A stretch of 64,000 bases of DNA from Anthoceros angustus (taxonomy: Eukaryota; Plantae; Anthocerotophyta), in the NCBI GenBank assembly GCA_010909165.1, contig VJWM01000179.1, forward strand, positions 248,001 through 312,000, read 5' to 3'. Both the position numbers and the translations under genes were made by a program. A model generated the notes under the pieces. The model saw nothing but the letters and a program-made list of their open reading frames with translations, was not told the DNA's origin and ran no database searches. This document shows, piece after piece, positions 11,431 through 23,988 of the stretch; the stretch's first letter is position 1; the number at the start of each line of letters is the position of its first letter.

Positions 11431-13740
11431 ATGTACTGGGATGACTATGTCGATGTGGTCGACATTGAAGCGTTGTGGTCTCATCCACTCGTGCAAGCTC
11501 AGTGGGTTAAGGCTGGGGAGCTCCCTGGGCGGAAAGTGCGGATGTCGACAAACTCGGCAGGTCAATGCCATGTGACTGACGCTGAGATGAGGGTAAGCAA
11601 TCAGGCTCGCCCAAAATGTTTATTTTGTTATCAGGTTGATGTGGAATGACCTTGGCGAATTCCATTCAGGCTTTGGCGGAGATCACAATCAGCAGGCATT
11701 TCACTGGACTTGATCCTGTAAGAGTTTGAGCCTTGGAGCATGTTTTAGGTCTGGTTGCCCTAGGGCTCTAAGGTTGAATACAGGTCTAATGCTGTTCCGC
11801 CTGGTTGGTGTTTCTGGAGCATGGCTACTTTGTATGCGCAAAGTGAGATGAGAGCGCTAAACAGTTCATCTCATCAGGTGATGATATGTGCCATAGCGGA
11901 CGTTGAAAGTAGCAGGTTGCCTCTTGCGTATCGTTATGAGCTCAGTGTGCAAGAAGCAAGCACAGGGCTCATGCAAACTCTGCAATCTACTGCAGAGTGG
12001 CTCGCCAGGTGTGTGGTTATCCTCACTTGGATTTACGTTATGAGATTTTGGGACCATATTGTCATGGAGCTTATGCCTGGAGCTTGTTGTGGTAGTGTAG
12101 GGATATGGGATATAGATTCTATGGAGCCCATCATCAGCTTCAAAGCCTGTATCGGCCTTTTGTTAGCGTCTATTTTGGTGCGGCATATGTGAAATGGCTT
12201 TCAACCTATGCGAGCAAGTATGTGATTCCTCAACTCTTGATGTTATGCCTAAAATTCATTGAAATTCTTCATGTCTTTGTTATGTGACATTGTCTCACAC
12301 TGCAGTACGTATGTATGCAGGAACAGGAGTGAAGAATTTATTGTTAGAGGCTACAATGGAGGACCGAACGGGGTAACCAGTGAATCCACTGCCTACTACT
12401 GGAGGAAGTACTGCTTAGCAAAGCAGCGCTGGGCAAGGTAAGCATTGTGACAATACGGCTGGTTGTTATGAGAGATTTTCTAGTATTCACGGTTTATACA
12501 TCTGGTGTGCACTTTGGAAAAACCGTTTGAGAAAACCGTAAGCCAAGACGTGCTGTGAAACAACTAGAGATTCCGAATTTGCGTGCAGGGTGTTTAGTGC
12601 AAAGGCAGCTGCAGCTTCAGTTCCTGTTCCAACCAGTGTGGTGATAAGACCCAAAACATATGTTGTTGATGGCAAAGATGGAGTCGTTCCGGAGCCAGGT
12701 TTGTCCTGTACCCCCTTGAACTGTAAATGTTCCCATCCCATTGCAGTAACCAAATGGCTTCGGTGGTTAGTTCGGGAGTGGACCTACTGGGATGAAAAAT
12801 CAAGTCGAGAGGACCTGGACGAGCTTTGGAAACATGCTGAAGTGAGACAGGAGTGGGAAAAGGCTGGAGAGGTGAGAGGGAAAGTACGGTTCTCAAGAGA
12901 TTCAAACCTACAGCCTTATCTGACGAAATCGGAGCTGAAGGTAATACTCATATCCAGTACCAGTCTGTCTCAAGTTTTGTGCTTACAATTGGAATTACAA
13001 ATCCATTTGGGCTCTTTCTCGAGGAGATGTTTCTGATGGCCAGCTTGTTCTTAGGCTGTGGCAAGCATCATAACAAAAAAACATCTCTCTCACACAGGCA
13101 TTGATCCTGTAAGTCTGTCTTCTTGCCAGTGTTTAATGCTGAACACGGAGCATAGTAACTGCTCATGCACAGAGACAGACTAAGGCTTGGTTTTTCAACA
13201 ATATTGCCCCTCTTGTAGGCCATACTATGCAGAATTGCAGAAATTACCAGCAATCGAAGACTCTACGGACCTGGCTCCACCATTGGCATCATGCGCGTCA
13301 CTTTCAAAACAGCTTTATGGCTTTTCAGGTTACAATTGATCACAGGGTTCTACAGAGTCATAGTCTGACCACGTACCTAAAATTTTTCTAAGACTTGTTT
13401 TCCCATTGGCAGGGACATGGGTTTCTTAGCGTACGAATTGCAACATCCGGAGGATCTATCACAGCCATTCGTGTCAATGTACTTTGGGGCAGCATACGTT
13501 AGTTGGCTGTCAAAATACAAAGGAAGGTGGGTTCGCCAAGGGCTGTTGGCAAGACAGGACTAGTGAGTCACCAATCCTCTATTCCGTGTGGTGTGCTGAT
13601 TGGCTGTCCTTTGCAGGGAGCAATCAAATGAGTTCATCGTTCGGGCCTACCATGGGGGTCCGCAAGGTGCTGACAAGCCTGAAACACAGTCCTTTTGGCT
13701 AAAGTATATCGGGACCCAGGTTGGTGATGCCAGTGGATGA
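11431..13740 (+). CDS. Plant transglycosylase SLT / lysozyme-like protein with two tandem domains (At1g16290-like), about 10 exons; N-terminus uncertain
   Basis: Domain 1: YWDD...ICAIADVESSR...GLMQTL...PFVSVYFGAAYVKWL...RGYNGGP. Domain 2: YWDEK...IAEITSNR...GIMRV...PFVSMYFGAAYVSWL...RAYHGGP. Approximate exons: 11431-11592, 11670-11717, 11878-12009, 12101-12217, 12321-12437, 12589-12940, 13055-13108, 13219-13328, 13413-13527, 13617-13740. Confidence 0.85.
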
Positions 13741-14119
13741 CAAGGATATTCATAGATGCGCCAATTTTTGGAATAGGCAAGGAGGATCGCAGATGTATAT
13801 CTGGAAGTGTACCCCGTATTATAGTAACCTACGACCTGATAATGGAGACATTATCTGTGGTTTGCGAAGTGTGAGCAAAAAAGTTGCACCTTTGGACGTG
13901 TCTTTCCTCGTGGGACAGGCATATCCGACAGTCTTATACATTTCTTGCATTCTCGTGGGACCATGGGCTGTTGACACCATCGCAGAAGGCGTTAACTAAT
14001 GATTACCAGCAGTTGTTGGACATAGGCGAGCAAGCATCTAACACCACGGACACCTCGTATGAAGAAACCGGTTCTGGTTCTCAGCGTTGAGTTGGTCGCT
14101 ATCGAAGCCTTGTTGAATC

Positions 14120-16739
14120 ATGGTAAGAATCCATCTTCGCTGAATGCGTGGTTTCTGGTTTGCAATTGGTGCTCGAGCCAATTTCCTTCCTGGCTCTGTA
14201 CTCTGTCAATTCGCGCCGAGCAGATCGGTCGCATCTGTCTCTAATTCTGCGCATAGCGTGCTGTGCTGGGATTTGCTGAGCTGGATTGATCGCTGCCCTT
14301 CCCTGTTGTGAGATTGTTCGTTCCTCTGATCTGCATCTCATGGGTTCTGCTCTGCTTGTTTGGGATCTGGGATTCACTCCCCGAATCATAGAATCACTCA
14401 CGTGTCGTTGTTCCGACAAACCCATTCGGCCTTCTGGATTGTAGGCTGTTATTGCCCGTCTGTTTTTCTCCAGCGACTGGAAAGTTTGCCGTCTTTTTGG
14501 TTTCACCTTGGGAGTTTGGTGTGCGACCTTTAGCTAACTGCCAAGCATTCAGCTTATCAAAGTAGACACTCATTTATCTTTTGTCGGCTGATTTTCAGGG
14601 GAAAGACAATACCTCAATTCATATCCTTGTCACGGTAGGCTTCTGGTTATTGCATTATGTCTTTTGCATATTTCATTGAGGGAAACGTTGGAACTATGTT
14701 TTAGGTGCAGTATGTTCGGGCAGTGTTCCTTTCTCATCGCAGAAGCTTGGTTTTCCATTTGTGAACAGGGAGGAGCAGGGTATATCGGATCACATGCATG
14801 TCTTCGTCTTTTGGAGGATGGATACACCGTGACAGCTCTGGTATGGCTGAATCTTGACTCAGGAGTTCATCATTCTCATTTCACTTCCATGAAATTCTCC
14901 CAAGTTGTGTTGAGGTGTACTTAACCAAGGCGGTCTTCACCAATTGATGCAGGATAACTTGTCCAGAGGAAATCTTGGTGCTATTGAAGTGCTGAAAGGC
15001 CTTGCAAAACCAGGAAAATTTCACTTTTACAATGCCGATATTTGTGATTTGCAGAATGTATCCACATTTGTTGTTGTTCGCATTTTAATGTTCTCCCGGT
15101 TTTTTGTTCTGCTTTGTGCCAGTAAGAAGTCCCCTCAAGTCTCCTGCCCTGCAAAGTTTTGTTGACCAGTTCTGTCGTTCCTTGTCCTTCAAATAGAATG
15201 GAGTACTTGCTTGTCAAGAATGTTTTATGACAGGTTGTCGTCCTTAACTATGTGGGATAGCTGCACACGATTTTTTCAGAAAATCATTTCGATGTGGTGA
15301 TGCACTTTGCAGCTGTGGCATATGTTGCGGAGAGCATGAAGAAACCATTGCTGTGAGTGAGTCACTGATTGTCTCTGTTTGGGAAAGTTCACACTTCGTA
15401 ATGTGCTTAAGCATGTTGTGGCTAGGATACAGTTACTACAGACTCAACACCGGAAACGTGTCCAACATTCTTGATGCCATGCGAGTACATAATGTGACAC
15501 GGTTTATATACAGCAGCACCTGTGCAACGTACGGAGAACATGACCAAATGCCCATCACAGAGACAACGCAGCAGGTAAGAAAGGACCTGTCAAATCAAGT
15601 CTGCAACGATTGCTCCTTGGCTGACAACCGTGTTGATTCTCTTCACTTCGAAACCTTTGTGTGAATAGATTTACTTGCTATATCATTTATGAAGGTCTGG
15701 TTATGGTTCAGAATCCCATAAACCCCTACGGAAGATCCAAGAAAATGGCAGAAGAAATTATTCGAGACTATGGGGCATCTGTTCCTGCTTTCTCTGCAAC
15801 CATTCTGAGGTAACTTCAGTTCATCTTGTTGAAGATGATTGAACTATTTCATCAAAGCTCTTCACGTGTGATCTAAATTACAACTTTTACGAGGTGACCT
15901 ATGGCTTCAGATACTTCAACGTGATTGGGTCGGATCCGGAGGGTCGACTTGGAGAGGCACCTTCCCACGAATCTCAACTATATTCACGGATAACTGGAGC
16001 ATGTGTGGATGCTGCCTTTGGACGTGTACCTTCCATTAAGGTGAGTGTTTGTTTACTCTATTTGCTTTCACTGTAGTGTGTATGTAGTGTGTAATGACCT
16101 TGTCAAATTATACTGCAGATTTTGGGGACTGACTTTGGCACACCAGATGGTACATGTGTGAGGGATTATATCCACGTGACAGACTTAGTTAGTGCTCACA
16201 TGGCTGCAATGGACCACTTGCAGCCTGGCCGTATTGAAACATTCAATGTCGGAACAGGGCAAGGTTAGTTACCCAACACTTTGCACCGATGATTTTGAAC
16301 CATTCAAGTTGAAAAAGGATGTGCATGAGTTATCCACCTTCTGAGGTAGTGCATTCGATATCTTTTACAGGAAAATCTGTTCGGGAGTTTGTTTCAGCTT
16401 GGTTGACGGTTACAGGTCTGCCAATCAAGGTACTATAGTTGCGGTTGTCATGTTGTACATAGCCAAGTTGCTGGCCCATATGAAACCTGGCTTGTTGCAA
16501 ATATGACAAATCTACAGATTGAAGAAATTGCCGAAAGAAGGCCAGGGGACTACTCAGAAGTATATTGTGACCCCTCGAAGATACAGAAGGAGCTTGGTTG
16601 GAAGGCTACCTTTACAGATCTAGAGGAAGCACTGAGCACAGCTTGGAAATGGCAGAAAGCACATCCAGCTGGCTACGCTTCCAGCCCAGAGTCCAACGGG
16701 TCTGGGGAAAGAAAGCAGGGTAGCATAGATTCCACATGA
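14120..16739 (+). CDS. UXE: UDP-xylose/UDP-arabinose 4-epimerase (MUR4/UXE family, extended SDR)
   Basis: ILVT|[44 protein letters not shown] (YxxxK), [26 protein letters not shown] and RRPGDY, over about 11 GT-AG exons. Proposed start is ATG|gtaag at 14120-14122; stop at 16739. Confidence 0.9.
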
Positions 16740-17109
16740 GCTCCAGGACACACCTGGGATGAGCCCTAGCCTGGTGGATGAAGGTATGAGTTGTTCGTTA
16801 TGCTCATCTAAGTTTTGGAAACACGGTAACGAGAAAATGGTGCTTTCTTATCATACGGGCACCTGCCCTACAGTAACTCAGCTATGATGAGGTGCTCCCC
16901 CTAAAAGCAAGGTCGTTTTTTGCTATGGAGTATCGCATTTTCGTGAAAGTTTTCTATGTCGAAGACCGAATTCCATACTCATTCGCCTTCGAAGAAACGT
17001 GTGGTTCATCGTGAGCGCAAGAGACAATTTTAAGAGAGCAATGCGGGGTCAAAAGAAATCTGATCAATAGCTAATACAACGACGTGGTTCCGAGTGAAGA
17101 ATGTAAGCC

Positions 17110-20100
17110 TTAAGGCTGTTGAGCAGGGGCGTAGACTGTGTACCCGTTGTGCCCTAATGAAAACCCCGAGCACTCCGGGGACAGATGGTGACTATGAACC
17201 AAGGGGTACCCCATGAGAGTATCTAGACCATTTCTTAAACTGCTGCTAGTATTGCCACCAGGTATGCCTCCATTGCCCATTGGCCAGTAGTGTGTTGGCA
17301 CCCCCTCCAGCCCACCATGCTGGCTATGCAACCTGCCAAGAGACGTGTGGGTGAAAGGTGCTTGAAACCGAACCGGTTCCCGAACTCCGTTGCTCACTCT
17401 CTCGTCACTTACATGAAGGCGGACGCGCTCGTCCTCAGACCCCCTTCCCCTCTCTCCTCTTTCAGAGTCACCCACACCATTGGATGTTACTTCAGGACGA
17501 AGCTGCCCGTAGCTCAGTTTGTGCAAAGGAGCCGGTAAAGACATCTGCCGCATCTGGCGATGGAAAGTGGGATTCGATTGTTGCTGAAGCATTGCAAGAG
17601 CTTGGGTCAGACCCTGGTCTTCATCCAGCAGTTCGTTGATGATGTCAAGATGAGGGAACTCCTCTGGACCTGCACCAGTGCTCAGCGCACTAACCACTGT
17701 TTCAATGCACCTGGATGACATGACTCCATTCTCTGAACGCCCCTGATGCTGCTGCATTTGATGGCGATGTAGATGTTGCAGAGGTTGCCGGGAAATGTGC
17801 TCCTGAGGAATTTGGCCCCGAAGATTTTGAACCCGCTGCTGGATAACAGCTTCAGAATGCATTGCTGAATCTTGCTGTAGCTGCTGTACTCGCTCCTCAT
17901 GGTGTTGCTGCTGTTGGTGCAGCACTTCAGGAGTAACAGTCCCAAAAGTCAAGAGACTTGCTTCTGTGAGAGCAGTTGCAGAAGAACTAGCAGCAGCTGA
18001 GAAGCCTAAACCAGAATTTCCATCCCCCTTGAGGCCATTACCCATGGCCGAGGCATGCCCTGGCCCAGTAACCACCTTCTGAGAGGGCGTTGGAGGTGGG
18101 GAAGGCAGCCCAGCAATCCCAGAAATACCAGAGGCACTGTGCATCGCCTGGTTGCTCATATACGCGTACCCATTTGCACCTGAATTGGGCACGACAGAGC
18201 CACTGCTACTCTGCACAGAGTGAACAGAAGAACTCGACGAGGAACTCCTCATCTTGCCAGCTGCAGCATTCCTGTATGATGGGGTAACTGGTGGACTTAT
18301 TGGTGTAGAACCACTGACCGAAGAGCCCAAATCAGTTCCTGCTCCAAGTCTACCTGCAGCACTCATAGAACGTGACAGAGAAATGGGATGATGAGCATTT
18401 GCCGGTGGAAGCCCTGCGCGAGAGCCAGAAGAACTTCCAGGCCTGGAGGCCCCAGCGGATTGCACCGCTGGGGTAGAAGTAACAAGCACTCCTCCAGAAC
18501 CAGCACAAGTCTCCTCCATCCCAGAGTTTGGCATTCCAGTTATAGGTGGAGTTCCAATTCGGGGAGGACGGGTGGAGTCAACACTCCGACTTCGAGCTGG
18601 AGCAGGTGATCGTATTGGCTCAGCTTTACCTGAACCCTGAGTATAGCTGTTGTCTCCAGGTGCTGCAAACGAGGCACTTACCCCGACCAAAGCAGGACCA
18701 CCTGTCTGGTCATTTGTCAGAAGCCTGCTAGACCTCTGGCTTCCCCCACTTGTACAAGTCTTATCAGAGTGGAAGAGCTCTCCTGAGTCTGATCTGGTCA
18801 ACGAAGTAGGCACATCTGTCCTGCCCTCATCAGCTGGGGTCTGGCCTGCTGAGCTTGTATCACAGACTCTAGCTAAGTGATTCTGATGCGCTGAATCGTC
18901 TACCTTAACACGATTGTTGATGTTGCCATCAAAACTCAAGAGGTGTTGATGCAAGCTAACTTGCAATCTTGCTATTTCCTCGTCCTGCAGTATAATATTT
19001 CATGTAAGAGTGCTGCCCAAGAGCTTCTAACACCTATGACACATAAAATGGACAAGCAGTAACACCTCTGGGTTATTACACAAACCTTCTCTACTAGACG
19101 CTGTTCTAGCCATCGGACTCGCACCTTTAGCGAGAGAATCACAGTCTCTGGATCTAAACCTGCTGAGCTGCTGCTGGCTTCTGCATTGCTGGTGTCCAGA
19201 CCACCAGCCCGCATCAAGCCTTCTGCTTCTATAAACCGCCCATCATTGTCATACGCATCAGTATCTATCCTGATTCGTCCTCTGTAGTGAACATAGAAGT
19301 CAGCACCAAAAAGAATGGAAGTCAGAAGAAAATGAACTTCACAATGTGCTTCAGACTAAAACTAAATAGGATATATGAATGATTTTTCGCAACAGCCATG
19401 GAGGGGACATGAACCTTACCGCACCACGCTGTTTGAATCATGCTGTCTATTAAAACGTGCACATACTAGACAGGCATAACAAGCACCAACATCAATTCAA
19501 ATTGAAAGTGCCAAGTACCTGCTAGACAAGGTATGATTCTGTTCTGGCAAATTAGGTCTTCCATATGTCCCATTCATGGTGGGTCGCACTGATTGTAGGG
19601 AGTCTGATGAACAAGTTGATGAACTGTCATCTAAAGCCGCTTGATTCTTCCTACCAATCCTTCCACTTCTTAACGACGTGTCTTCTGACAAAGCTCCGCT
19701 GAAGCTTGCTTCCATCCCATGCTGCACATAAGATATTTCCCTGTCCCAGGAGGCGCGGTCCAGATCCCCATCTTCTAAAGCAGGAGCTAAGGTCCCCACA
19801 ACATCATCTACAGTGTCCAACCCACTTAAGTCATCATCATCCTCCATTTCAGCAGTGACCAGAGAAACTGGTTCCCGCAGTTTTGTAAGATGGTCTTCTG
19901 ACACTCGGCTGCCTATTAACTCCTGCCTTTGTCTCTGCTCCTGCTCTGACCTGCTTCTTTTCTCTTCTGCTTCTTTATCTTTCTCTTTGCGGTCTTTTCT
20001 CCTTTGTTTTGCCTGTGGACAAAAGAGCAGTCAGACCAGATGCTTAGGCAAGGCTCCAAGGTCATCTCTAAAAAAGTGCACCAAATTGGGCACACGACAC

Positions 20101-23100
20101 ACCAAACTTCCTCAAAGTAATGTCAGTCCCGATCTAGCTATAAAGACACATTTGAAGAACTTCTAAAGATTATATAATGTAAAACTATTTGCAGACTGAC
20201 CAACCTGCTTTTTCCTTGACCGTTTCTCCTTCTCGGCAGCTTCACGCTTTGCTCGAAGCTCATTCTCCGCCTGTCCTGCAGCCTCTTCTTCACGAATAAG
20301 CTCCTCTTGTCGGCTCAAAGCAACAGCCTCTCTGTATGCGACCTCCACACGATTACTGCAGACCAGAAATTAGACACAAAGCATGTGAAGCGTGTCTCTT
20401 CGCACACTAGTGTTGCAGCACCCACCCATGATTCTATATGCCGTATCCATCATGTTCTGTAAAAGGACAGCCCTTGTCTCACTACACTCTAGTTTGTTCA
20501 TTGACAAACGCTCAGCATGCAAAGGCCTCTAAAAATGCTGGGGCATGGACTAGCAGTAAGAACCGTAAAAGGACAGCCACGATTGGTAATAGTTCCTCAA
20601 CTTACAAGATAACAGACTGCCTCACTACATTCTCATACACACACTCGGCATGAGAAAGGCTCCAACCATGCTGGGATGCCAAACGCCAGTAAAAAAAGCA
20701 GGAAAAAGCCTAATAGCACTAGAAGAAAGTGTCCATCCCATACAGACATGGTTCCAACAAAACCCATCCCACCAAACATTAAGTAACACGAAAAGTACCT
20801 GAAAAGGTGCGCTAATACAAACATCTCCACTGTACGCCTTCCCAGCTCCGTCAACCTCCGCTCATCACGTTCCACAGAATCTTTCCCGAAGTCATCTCCC
20901 GAGCCACCATCCTGCAGCCAAGACATGATGCAGAAGGATTTAACCAAAATACAAACTGCTGACTTAAGTGATAATAGAAGCAAACATCTTTCATTATATT
21001 GATGTAGGGAGCCTATAACATCATCAAGCATGTACATCAATAAACATATATTGAAAGCATAATCTAGATGTCAGAGCTTGATCAGCAAAAATTCAGTTGT
21101 CTACCATGTCCTGGATGAGTATAACACAGAACAATACATACCTTTGTCCTGTTCTGAGGGCCCTTGTCATCCTTGTAGGGGGGTAGTGATTCACTCGCAG
21201 CTCTTTCAAGTAAAGCAAGGACATCACCAGCCAATACAAAGGTATCCTTGTCAACCAAGACAATGGGGTTTACCGTGTCTTCCATTTCTACTCCATTTAT
21301 TTTTCCTTTCTTGTTTCTGCTGAGGTAATCCAGTGCCTTGCACCCACTGTACAGGGCATCCATGACCAGTGTGGATGTAACTTCCTTCTCATTGAAGAAT
21401 CGCTTCACCACAGCTTTCAAGATAACATCCGCCTTCTCCCGAGAAAGACCACAGCGACGGTCTTCTTCTACTTTCAACCAGAAAGCTTGAAAACTGTGAA
21501 GATTCCATAGTCATTAACTGAACAAGACCTCAAGTGATGAGGACAAGCTGCCCTTGTCCTGTCATTCAGAGAGACCTTCCCCTAGTGAACCAAATCACGC
21601 TAAGAAAATTCTAAAGCTTTAAAGCCTTCAGACACCAGGGACTAATACTTTAGGTCCTAATTTATATGGCATAGCCGATCCACCTGACGGTATGAAAACA
21701 AGGTTCCATTACTAAATGAAGGCTCTCACCCCAAGGACCAATAATGCATTGAACTCGTGAAAACGGCATACCTGGTCCACCTGACAGTGTCCTCCATGAG
21801 CTTTCCCAACTTGTCCTTCTTTTCTTCGACAAAGCGACGACAAATGCCTTCGACATTGGTTAAATAGACCCGGACCAACTCCCTTCTGTACTGACAGTCC
21901 AAGCATCGAAAAGGCCTGTGAGGGTTCTCCCTGCACAACAGGAAGAGAGATGATTCACACATTTCCAAACAATTCTTCTTCACACTTGGTGAAACGGTTT
22001 GCTTGCTGATGTTTGTACCAGCACACAGACAGAAGGAAGCCTGCAACTCAAATATTGCAGTTTCAAAACACCTGATAACTTGAACTTGAGCTTTGATGAC
22101 AAGAGTATCAGCAACTGTGAAACCATCAAGGACCTTCGACAGTTCCATAAACTTCTTCCATCCCCAGTCATGCTCCTTTTTGCAGAACCGGTGTAAAGTG
22201 TCTACAGATAGGACAGCAAGAGTAAGCAGACCAGGCAGAATCGTGTACTGCTAAAATCAGAAACTGCACTGCCAGAAGCCCTAGCCACAATCCATTGTTA
22301 CAGCTCAAGTGAAATGTATGCCTGCAGAACTCACTTGACCCACCTGAATACTTGGATTTTTTAGGGTCCTTGTTCACAACAGCAATAGTGAACTGAGCAA
22401 AATGACTCCAACCTGTCCACCAACAAGGGGAGCACATTCTACTAATTTAGAGAAACTGTCATCGTGCAGGTCAGTGTCAAGAGAAACTGAAGCCATTCAC
22501 GACCTTTCATCTCAAGCTCTTTCTCAACAGCCAAAACAATGTGCATCTACACAAGAAGATGAAGCACAAAGCTACCTGGAAGAAGTTTATCATAATCTGC
22601 CACACATAAGAATAGCGAGAGGTGATTACACACATCGCAGCCTTGAGGGTATACCAGGATATACCTGCCATGAAATGCAGACATTTTTACAACCCAAACT
22701 GGAGAGAAAAAAAAAATAAGGTGCCCATCAGCAGCGGGACTGGCCAAACAACAAATCTCCTACCACTTATATCCCCCAACTTCAAAAACGTTGCTCCTCA
22801 GTTCCCTCTTGCTGATCTCAGAGAAGTTCTCAATCTTCCAGGTGAATTTTCCATACAAGTCAGAGGGTTTCGGTCCTGCACACCACAAAAGAGCCACTCA
22901 AAGGGTCGTGAATGAATCCAGCCTCGGACACTCAAACCATCAACTCGCACAACAGACAGGCTGATTAACTTCTCCACTCTCTCGTTTTCAGACAGTGATA
23001 CACCTACGGTAGGCTAGCCTTGAATGCACTACGAAAACCTGACTACTCCCTCGTGTTTGAGGATTCACCCAGACTCCATCCACGAAAAGTTGCCAGGATA

Positions 23101-23988
23101 TCATAGGAGGCTAACGAGGACCAAACGCTGGGACAGAGATGTAGAAGGCTTCCTAACCTAGCACGCACCACTGCCACAGAGCGCGTTCACTAACCTAAAT
23201 TGGTAGACTGAGGAATTCGATAGGGGAGGCTCTACAGACACAGAACAAAAGACACCCAGATTGAATGCATCGCCACCCTAGACAGTGACTCCACCGCCAC
23301 TCTTTCTGACGTAACACCTGTTTCAAGTACAGCTGAGATGTTTTCTCCTCGGACAGTTTTTGACAGTGGATCCCACATTCATGCCCTCGTTTCCCGTGGG
23401 CAGACACTGTACCCTAGGCGGGACAAGACAGCAGAGAAGGCCAATGCCGCAGCAGCTTAAGTGGCCGGCGATCTTGCAAAAACGGTGGAAGAAATAGGGG
23501 AAAAGGGCCGCATTTACAGGCGAGCCATGAATTGAGTCCAAGAAGCAAGCTGTAGTGCCCACATCAAAGCCAGGTTGCCGTAAGTTGAGGAAGATCCATA
23601 TGGGCGTGTCTAGCAAGAGCAGAGCCGAATTTGAAACTCAATTCAAGGCCACCATTGGGGCAGTCCAATCGGCCCCCACCCATCCGCAGCCCGTGATGGG
23701 GAACCTAGAGCCCAACCCCTGCTGCGCCGCATTGGCAGCGAGAAAACGACCCAGACCCAAACACCGGAAGCCCGGGTGACACATACCCGGCGCAGAAGAG
23801 GCGTTGGAGTCGTCATCGTCGTCGGTGTCCCAGTAGGCCGGAGAAGTGGAGGGAGGCGACGGCTCTAGCTGCTCCCGCGAGCGCCACTCTGCCACCGATT
23901 CCGCGGCATGGAACTTAGAGGCGAGGGGCGCCCCGGGGTCGGAAGGCGCGGCTGCGGCCGCGTAGTCCCCGCGCGAATGGCTGGCCAT
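17110..23988 (-). CDS. TRAF1: MATH/TRAF-domain protein (TRAF1a/b, At5g43560/At1g04300-like) with coiled coil and long low-complexity C-terminus
   Basis: AEWRSREQ...STSPAYWDTDDDDD; YILVYPQGCDVCNHLSLFLCVA; GWSHFAQFTIAVVNKDPKKSKYS; RPFRCLDCQYRRELVRVYL; FFNEKEVTSTLVMDALYSG; ERDERRLTELGRRTVE; EVAYREAVAL.RQEELIREEE; EFPHLDIINELLDED. Multi-exon. Confidence 0.92.
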
